From Patescibacteria group bacterium (GTDB lineage: Bacteria > Patescibacteriota > UBA1384 > XYA2-FULL-43-10), in assembly GCA_041674405.1 (NCBI GenBank), contig JBAYVT010000004.1, forward strand, positions 30,001 to 62,000: a stretch of DNA of 32,000 nucleotides, given 5' to 3'. This document shows, one piece after another, positions 25,861 through 32,000 of the stretch. The position numbers and the translations under genes were made by a program. A model generated the notes under the pieces. The model was not told the origin of the DNA. It searched no databases and saw only the letters and a program-made list of their open reading frames with translations. How positions within the stretch are numbered: the first letter of the stretch is position 1; each line of letters opens with the position of its first letter.

Positions 25861-25889
25861 TTGACTTTGGGGCAGTATTGTGGTATATT
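25861..25889 (+). promoter_or_regulatory. Sigma70-like promoter for the GC-rich 25973 gene
   Basis: TTGACT (25861-25866), 17-nt spacer, TATATT (25884-25889). Confidence 0.6.
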
Positions 25890-25972
25890 GGAGCGTTCGA
25901 TAATAATCCTTAGGGCGCACAGCTGCGATTAGCGCAGGCGTCCAAGGTACTGATTGTCAGGAGGTGGCAGAC

Positions 25973-26893
25973 ATGCGTCTGTCCACGATAATTGGGTTAG
26001 CTATGATGTTGGTGTCGGGGGCGTTCGCGGGAGAGATCGCAGTCTGCCCGCAGCCTACCCCTCAGAGACTGGCGATCGCGCCGGTCTCTGCCTCGTCCCT
26101 TGGCCAGTTCGAGTGGTGGGTGGACGAAGAGGAGGCGGCCGGCCTGGTCGAGGAGCGAGCCTATGAGGTCGCTCCCTGCATTCTGGCCGCCTACAACATG
26201 GAGCTGGTAGAGCGGAAGATGCTCGGGATCGCAGAGGCCGAGCAGGCCTTGGCAGAGGATCCGTACATGGACCCCACTACCTTCGAGCAGCCTGGCCAGG
26301 GCGTCGGCGCCAACTGGCTCCTGGTGGTTACGGTCACCAGGATGAGCGTGGAGGATAAGTCCGTGGACGTTGAGATCCGCGGCAACTCCTATCACGCTGA
26401 GAAGTCCATGATAACGGTCTGGCTGCAGGCGCGGATCGTCAATGTGGGGACGAAAGTCGTGTCACCCGCGCTATCGATTCGCAAGAACTGCACGATCACG
26501 ACTGACCAGCAGCTCAGCCTGCAGAGCGGCGAGTGGGATCTGGGCGGTGATCAGCGGACGGACATCGTGACCGATGCCGTCTATAAGATCACCGACTCTG
26601 GTCTTGCCGAGCTCTTGGGGCAGCTGCTGCCCAAGCTTGGCATCAGGACTGGGGCGCAAGCCGGATTCCGGTACGACCCGCAGACGGGCGAACGCATTTC
26701 GGTGATTGAGCAGACATACATCTGCCCGAACCCGAGATGCAACCGGATCTCGCCGAAAGGAGCGAACTTTTGCCCCTACTGCGGCGCCAGGTTGGACCGG
26801 CCCTGCGAACCCGCACCGGCAATCGAAAGGGCGCGGCCCTGTGAGCCGCCACCAGCCGCTAACCGCGACAAGGTGAACCACGCCGGCGGATAG
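25973..26893 (+). CDS. GC-rich secreted protein with C-terminal double-CxxC zinc ribbon (start trimmed from 25964)
   Basis: ATG at 25973 preceded by AGGAGG; signal peptide MRLSTIIGLAMMLVSGAFA|GEIAVCP; ICPNPRCNRISPKGANFCPYCGARLDRPC zinc ribbon. Confidence 0.75.
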   Translation: MRLSTIIGLAMMLVSGAFAGEIAVCPQPTPQRLAIAPVSASSLGQFEWWVDEEEAAGLVEERAYEVAPCILAAYNMELVERKMLGIAEAEQALAEDPYMDPTTFEQPGQGVGANWLLVVTVTRMSVEDKSVDVEIRGNSYHAEKSMITVWLQARIVNVGTKVVSPALSIRKNCTITTDQQLSLQSGEWDLGGDQRTDIVTDAVYKITDSGLAELLGQLLPKLGIRTGAQAGFRYDPQTGERISVIEQTYICPNPRCNRISPKGANFCPYCGARLDRPCEPAPAIERARPCEPPPAANRDKVNHAGG

Positions 26894-26919
26894 CCGGCAC
26901 CAAGGAGGAGAAGTACCAA

Positions 26920-26955
26920 AGGAGCGCCCTTAACCGGGCGCTTCCTTTGTGTTTA
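26920..26955 (+). terminator. Terminator-like hairpin after the GC-rich 25973 gene
   Basis: GCGCCCTTAACCGGGCGC followed by TTCCTTTGTGTTTA. Confidence 0.55.
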
Positions 26956-26975
26956 AATAGGTTATTAGTTTTTAG

Positions 26976-29900
26976 TTAAAATCCGACATGTGTATACGCG
27001 GTAGTCTGTGGATTTGCCCACATGCCAGCCTTGGTGCCGTTACACAAGCCGTTTGTTTGCCCGCCGCCAGTGACATTTTTACATATGGTATCTGATGTAA
27101 GTGCTGACCAAGCATTTACATCTTCCCAACGGCCGGTCATGACCTGGGTTGGGACGAGCTTTTGATCATCTGTACTTGATGGCATGTCGTATAAGTTTTG
27201 GATGAATTTATTGGCCTTGTATTGTGCAGCCTCAATTATCTTTCTCTCTCTGGTTTTACTGTCTATACCATTCCATACCCCGAGATTTCCGTTGTCCACT
27301 ATATCGGGTGATGGTGGTGATTCGATGCTAGGATAATAACCATCAGCTGTACACAAGTATTCAACTTTGTAAACACCAAAGAGGTTATTGTAAAGGATAA
27401 TTGCCACATCAATTGCTGCTTGTATCCAGTTGCCATACAGAAAGCTGATAGTGGCATCCAGAAGAAGCGATAAGGTGCCAGGAGCAAGTCCGAGCTGCTC
27501 GTCCCATTTTGCCAATGTGTCGCCCAGAACAAGCCTTGCCGCATAAGAGATTGCCGCAGCCTTGGCATTTGCAAGATTGGCACCAGAAGCCCCGCTTCCG
27601 CCGGACGCAGCAAATGCCTGCTCTGCCTGTTTAAAGTTCTGGTACAAATTATAAAGATTTTGGCTTGTGCCTGGCGGCAGACCAAATGTCTTGTCAACAA
27701 ATCCGCCAACAAAGTTTAGGGCAAACGATGGGCCCCCATAAATGTCTGCTAGAGATTGAAGCTTATTTCCAGCTATTGATAGTGCCCCTTCTAAGCTTCC
27801 AGTCTGAAGAAATCCAAGAATACCACCGAATGTGCCTTGGCCGAAATCGACCCCAAAAATCGAGGCTGCCTTACCTGTAATGTAATTATCTATTGTGTTA
27901 ACGAGAGTTCCGTCGGCAGTGGCTGATCCCAAAAGGCCATTCAAAGCGCTCTTAAAGTCAAAGCTGTTCGGATCAGAAATAAAATTTTGTAGTGTTCCCA
28001 AGAATCCGCCCGGAAGAAAATCTATTCCGAGGTCATTCCGGATTAAGCCCTCGGCATATTCAAGTAGGGTAGTTGTCCGCGTCCAATCATTCCCCTGAAA
28101 CATGCTGCGGGCAAAATCGGCAGGAATATTCGGATCCAGCCTGTGCAAGGCTAAATCAATTGATTTATACTCCACTCCCTGGCTCCAAATATTTGTAGCA
28201 AAGTCGATTGCTGCTTGCCCAGCGTTTAAGACATCAAGCGCTCGAGTATTGCCAATTCGAACATTTAGAAGGCTGTCAATTGCCGCCCCTGTATCAATCC
28301 CAGCAGTAATGCGCAATCCATTGTCAACTTGAAGATTTAGAATCGGCGCACTTGAAGTATCCGATGCACCCGGGAAATTAAGGCCAATGTTAATAATCCC
28401 GTTTGGAGGCCCAAGGTTAGATGATGTAGTAGAATCGGACAATATCCCGGTTGAAACGTTGAAGGTGGCGTTACCGGCGGCGATCGTCCAGTTGTAACTA
28501 GAATTAGTCAGCTGGTTCCATCTTTGTTGCTCTGCTGCCAGGCGAACGGCAATTTCCTGTGTTAAATCTCCATATACCAATCGCGTTAGATCGCTAAAAT
28601 TAAACTTGAATGAATTTAGGGCATTTATTGCGTTGTCGTATGTTTCAAATATTCCCAAATTGAAGGGCAATCCGTCTTTGCCGGAATACATTTGGGGGAT
28701 ATTCATGACTGCACCTAGGAGCTGAATCGGCCTAAAATCCCCATAGAGAATTTGCTGGAAAGTTGAAGAGTCAAACCCGTCCATGTTTAGGAGATTTTTG
28801 AGAGAATATTCCAGGTTGCCGGCAATATCTTTGATCGTGAAATTAACTTGCAAATCTTTAAAAGCGTCCCCGACAAGTGTGTTTAACTGTCCCCCGATCG
28901 TGGACTTGAGGCAAGATTCCGTATCTCCACTGCCGCCAAATATCGAGAGCCCGCATCTTATGTCCGGATTGCCCAAGATCAATGTCTTGAATACTGAAGT
29001 CAATCCTAAACTGCTGTCAAATGCCTCGGCACCAAAGGATATTAATCTGTTAAAAGTTGTCTGAGGGTCTTGCAGAATTGTGGCCATGGTGCCTTCCGGC
29101 AAACCGGCTTTTTTATCCAGATTCCAAGAGAAAATATTGTTTAATGTACCATAAAGATCACCCATGTTATCGCCGGGATCTTTGATCCAGGTGATGAGAT
29201 TGTTTATGTCGCCATCTGTTATTTGCCTGTCGCTGCCGTCTTGTAGCCCGAGTCCTTTTATCAAACCCGAAATCAAATTGTTCTGAGTTGCGGCATCAGT
29301 AACCTGGCGTACGTATTGGTTTATCGGGAAAATCTCACCCAGGCTTCCCGCGGTTGGCGAGGCAAGAAGCTTGACTGTTGTGCCATCCGGCAGCCCGAGA
29401 TTGCGATCCAGAAAAGATAATCTGCCAACGAAGTTGTTCCACGAAGGTTCGTTCTGGCTAAATAAGGTGGCAATTGTATCCGAATTAAATCCACCGGTGC
29501 TTCCTTTTGAGACCAGGGAATCAATTGTCTTTTGTAATGCATCATTCACTCCGGTCCAGTTAGTGCCTAAGGCCTGGTAATAAGTTACAACGGAGTTTAG
29601 TTTTTGATAAAAGCTGTTTCCTGCATTCACATTAAAGAAATTTTCACCCATAGACTTTAATTCTGCATTTACAACACTGATCTCTTCTTGGCTTACCGGA
29701 ATTTGGAACGCTTCGGCAAATTTAACAACCCCGACATTCTTTGCAACACCCAAAATATTTCCGCTTTTTAGCGACCCAGCCGGTAATCCGAGCAGTGACT
29801 CTGCTTTATTTGACCCAACACTGCTACCGGTGAACAAAGAAGCCAAGTCAAGGTTGCCTGTGCCAATAGAGTTACCGATAAGATTAGTTGATATTTGAGT

Positions 29901-32000
29901 GGCTGCGCACTTTCTTGCGCTTGCATTATCATTGTTTAGGAGCCCCGAAGCGGTACCTTTTTGCAGATTGAGGCTAGAATCTAGAATTGAGCTGCCGATT
30001 TTTGCGAATACGCTCTTTGAATTGCCGTTAAATATATTGAAGATATCGTCAGCGGTCAATCTTCCGGATCCTATTTGTGTTCCGATAGATTGGTTTACAG
30101 AAGATGCGGCAAGCTTGTCGACTATGTTGTAGCCAGAAACCTTTAGGTAGTCGAGCGGGACTTGCCCACCGGAGCTATTTTTATTCTGCCTTGAAAATAC
30201 CGCTTCGCTTTCTTCAGTCGAGATATTTAGCCCGAAGTCCAAAATCTTTTCAAATTGGATAAGATTAGCATCGCTAAATGGCTTGGACGATGTATTATCA
30301 GAAACAAATGTGTCTAGGGCAGCTTTTATTTTATCAGCACTTCCATAATCCTTTAGGAAGTCTTTTGCCGCGGCAATTCCTTCGGCAGAAAATTGTGGCG
30401 GGAATGACCTAAAATAATTTTCGAGGTAAGAAGGAACTCCGCTGCCTGTTTGTGAAGCTCCTTTAGATATGTCCAAAGATAACAAATAAACTGCGTTTGC
30501 AATTTCGTCAGTATAATTTATTTTTTTATCATCGTTTGCGCTCTTGTATTCACTAGCAGCAGAATATGTGCTAAATATATGTTCGCCGGCTTTGTCGAAA
30601 TACACGTAGCTATTGTCTGGTATGGTCGTGCCTGCGATATCGACATTTTGTATGGGCTGGCAGGGATTGTCAGGCGTTGCTGCTGCCATTAAGTAATTGT
30701 TGTGGTCGACGAAGTAAATTTGGTTAACCCCAGGATTGTCATTTCCTCCCTTGTGTGTCATAAACGCCTTAATCGCTGCTTCGGAAACATGCATTTTTGT
30801 TGCCAAAAGCCTGATAGTATCGCTGTCAGCTTCCGATTGGTCATATCCACCGATTTGTTGTCCGGTGATAAATTTCTCGGTCGTCCCGGCCGGCAGCTTG
30901 CTTTTCACGTCATTCGCAATCGCCTTGGAGCGAGCCGAAGACCACGCGCTGAAGCTGTTGTTCATAAGGTCATCAAGATCAAATCCCTTTAGTCCCATGC
31001 CCGATGCAAGAATATTGTTTGCTTTGCTCCGGCTTATTTTCAATTTGTTTACCATGCCGTCACGAAGGTCTGCCAAAGATTTTGGTGACGACAGATCAGA
31101 TCCTGTTAAAATTGAGCTTCCGGCAACTCCAGCTTGCTCCTCAAGAGCTGCTGAACCGATGGCACGGAAAAAAATGTCTTTGAAACTTTGGCTGTTCTTT
31201 GCTTGGTCATTGTTTTTTGCCAGAGCCAGTGCGTCCGAAGCATATTTTAGGGCCTTTGAAGAGATCCCCAAGCTGCCGCTTAGTTTAGCTGAGGCAGCGC
31301 CAGATACTAAATCTTGCAAAGTAGTTTTTCCGGACAGGAACGAAACCAGGTCTCCCAATCCAAGCTTGGAGCCACCCAGATCGATGGAGGAAAACTTAAT
31401 ATCACTCAAGTGCAAATCTTCAATCTTAAAATCCGCCTGCTCGTTTCCAGTGGTGATCTCATATGCAGATTTTGTGATATCTTGTACATTCTGCATTACG
31501 CCATTGAGCTGGTGCAGATAATCGGAAAATGTTCCGTCATTGCTTGAAAGGCCTTCGGAGAGATCTGTAGATCCGGAAAATACCGGGGAGCTTGCTTCGT
31601 TAATGATACTGCCAATCGCGATTGCGGCTGTTGTTGTGTCTCCGCCTCCCGGGTTTGCATCAGCCTTTTCGGCAGCGGTCGCGAACACAGACAAAGCCTG
31701 TTTTAGAGCGTCATCCTTTGCTTTTATTGTGCTATTTAATTTGTCTGATACTGCGCTTGAAGCAGACGTATAACTTTGTATTCGTTGATTTAGAGTGTTC
31801 AGTGTGGACTTAATGCCGTTGATTCGGTCGGTATAATATGCCTGATCGCGAACATTTTTATTTTCTAATACATTTGAATTGTTTGCTTCTTGTGTTTTTT
31901 TATCGTCATAGCCCGAAGTCTCAAGTGCTTGCCTTAAGTTTTTTTGCCCTATTTTTTTGAAAGTACCGGCCGGGTCTGATCCTATGCCAAATAAATTTGC
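26976..32000 (-). CDS. Giant Ser/Gly/Asn-rich, internally repetitive protein, N-terminus beyond window
   Basis: The track reports 1572 aa from a TTG at 31694. Manual translation from 32000 shows the same frame is open to the edge (ANLFGIGSDPAGTFKKIGQKNLRQALETSGYDDKKTQEANNSNVLENKNVRDQAYYTDRINGIKSTLNTLNQRIQSYTSASSAVSDKLNSTIKAKDDALKQALSVFATA...), so at least 1675 codons. Recurring GLPxGT-type motifs. Confidence 0.85.
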   Translation of the reverse strand, partial: ANLFGIGSDPAGTFKKIGQKNLRQALETSGYDDKKTQEANNSNVLENKNVRDQAYYTDRINGIKSTLNTLNQRIQSYTSASSAVSDKLNSTIKAKDDALKQALSVFATAAEKADANPGGGDTTTAAIAIGSIINEASSPVFSGSTDLSEGLSSNDGTFSDYLHQLNGVMQNVQDITKSAYEITTGNEQADFKIEDLHLSDIKFSSIDLGGSKLGLGDLVSFLSGKTTLQDLVSGAASAKLSGSLGISSKALKYASDALALAKNNDQAKNSQSFKDIFFRAIGSAALEEQAGVAGSSILTGSDLSSPKSLADLRDGMVNKLKISRSKANNILASGMGLKGFDLDDLMNNSFSAWSSARSKAIANDVKSKLPAGTTEKFITGQQIGGYDQSEADSDTIRLLATKMHVSEAAIKAFMTHKGGNDNPGVNQIYFVDHNNYLMAAATPDNPCQPIQNVDIAGTTIPDNSYVYFDKAGEHIFSTYSAASEYKSANDDKKINYTDEIANAVYLLSLDISKGASQTGSGVPSYLENYFRSFPPQFSAEGIAAAKDFLKDYGSADKIKAALDTFVSDNTSSKPFSDANLIQFEKILDFGLNISTEESEAVFSRQNKNSSGGQVPLDYLKVSGYNIVDKLAASSVNQSIGTQIGSGRLTADDIFNIFNGNSKSVFAKIGSSILDSSLNLQKGTASGLLNNDNASARKCAATQISTNLIGNSIGTGNLDLASLFTGSSVGSNKAESLLGLPAGSLKSGNILGVAKNVGVVKFAEAFQIPVSQEEISVVNAELKSMGENFFNVNAGNSFYQKLNSVVTYYQALGTNWTGVNDALQKTIDSLVSKGSTGGFNSDTIATLFSQNEPSWNNFVGRLSFLDRNLGLPDGTTVKLLASPTAGSLGEIFPINQYVRQVTDAATQNNLISGLIKGLGLQDGSDRQITDGDINNLITWIKDPGDNMGDLYGTLNNIFSWNLDKKAGLPEGTMATILQDPQTTFNRLISFGAEAFDSSLGLTSVFKTLILGNPDIRCGLSIFGGSGDTESCLKSTIGGQLNTLVGDAFKDLQVNFTIKDIAGNLEYSLKNLLNMDGFDSSTFQQILYGDFRPIQLLGAVMNIPQMYSGKDGLPFNLGIFETYDNAINALNSFKFNFSDLTRLVYGDLTQEIAVRLAAEQQRWNQLTNSSYNWTIAAGNATFNVSTGILSDSTTSSNLGPPNGIINIGLNFPGASDTSSAPILNLQVDNGLRITAGIDTGAAIDSLLNVRIGNTRALDVLNAGQAAIDFATNIWSQGVEYKSIDLALHRLDPNIPADFARSMFQGNDWTRTTTLLEYAEGLIRNDLGIDFLPGGFLGTLQNFISDPNSFDFKSALNGLLGSATADGTLVNTIDNYITGKAASIFGVDFGQGTFGGILGFLQTGSLEGALSIAGNKLQSLADIYGGPSFALNFVGGFVDKTFGLPPGTSQNLYNLYQNFKQAEQAFAASGGSGASGANLANAKAAAISYAARLVLGDTLAKWDEQLGLAPGTLSLLLDATISFLYGNWIQAAIDVAIILYNNLFGVYKVEYLCTADGYYPSIESPPSPDIVDNGNLGVWNGIDSKTRERKIIEAAQYKANKFIQNLYDMPSSTDDQKLVPTQVMTGRWEDVNAWSALTSDTICKNVTGGGQTNGLCNGTKAGMWANPQTTAYTHVGF

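Noticed and set aside
26191-26881. Minus-strand ORFs 25997-26395 and 26471-26881 opposite the GC-rich secreted protein
   Set aside because: No recognisable motifs; explained as GC-rich antisense frames of a gene with signal peptide, SD and zinc ribbon.
30736-31521. 261-aa plus-strand ORF and other plus-strand ORFs within 26976-32000
   Set aside because: Antisense to a continuous giant minus-strand ORF; no motifs and low-complexity composition.
1-32000. CRISPR arrays, transposases, toxin-antitoxin pairs, retrons or other defence genes
   Set aside because: No regularly spaced identical repeats with unique spacers and no Cas, transposase, integrase, RT or toxin-like motifs were found in any long ORF. 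The repeats seen are isolated pairs or degenerate clusters.

Overview
The window looks like a chromosomal segment of a Candidate Phyla Radiation (Patescibacteria)-type bacterium; this is inferred from gene content only. It contains a recognisable replication-origin neighbourhood: jag-yidC-yidD-rnpA ... rpmH <-> dnaA-dnaN-recF-DUF721. DnaA-box-like motifs lie in the rpmH/dnaA, dnaA/dnaN and post-DUF721 gaps. The first 15 kb holds housekeeping and accessory genes (GxxExxY fragment, ndk, M16 peptidase, NIF3/YqfO-like, DUF1653-GNAT-glutamine amidotransferase mini-operon, NUDIX, a frameshifted comF, hsp20, galU) and four tRNAs: Ser-UGA, Ser-GCU, Arg-GCG and Ser-CGA. The best candidates for something undescribed are: (1) a tightly packed, partly overlapping operon (8035-12684) linking a solute-binding lipoprotein, with no ABC permease, to four VirB2/TrbC-like two-TM modules, one of them at the C-terminus of a 732-aa secreted protein, next to a convergent PilB/GspE ATPase; (2) three GC-rich cassettes (about 14798-16223, 19890-20542, 25861-26955) in an AT-richer background, each with a consensus-like sigma70 promoter (17-bp spacer), AGGAGG-type SD and terminator-like hairpin, one of which splits rpmH from rnpA; (3) a giant, internally repetitive protein (>=1675 codons) that runs off the right edge, further than the ORF track shows; (4) a related repeat directly 3' of two tRNA-Ser genes, with a duplicated tRNA 3' end; (5) comF split at an A7 homopolymer; (6) a palindrome-rich rpmH-dnaA spacer. 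No CRISPR array, transposase, integrase or recognisable defence system was found.
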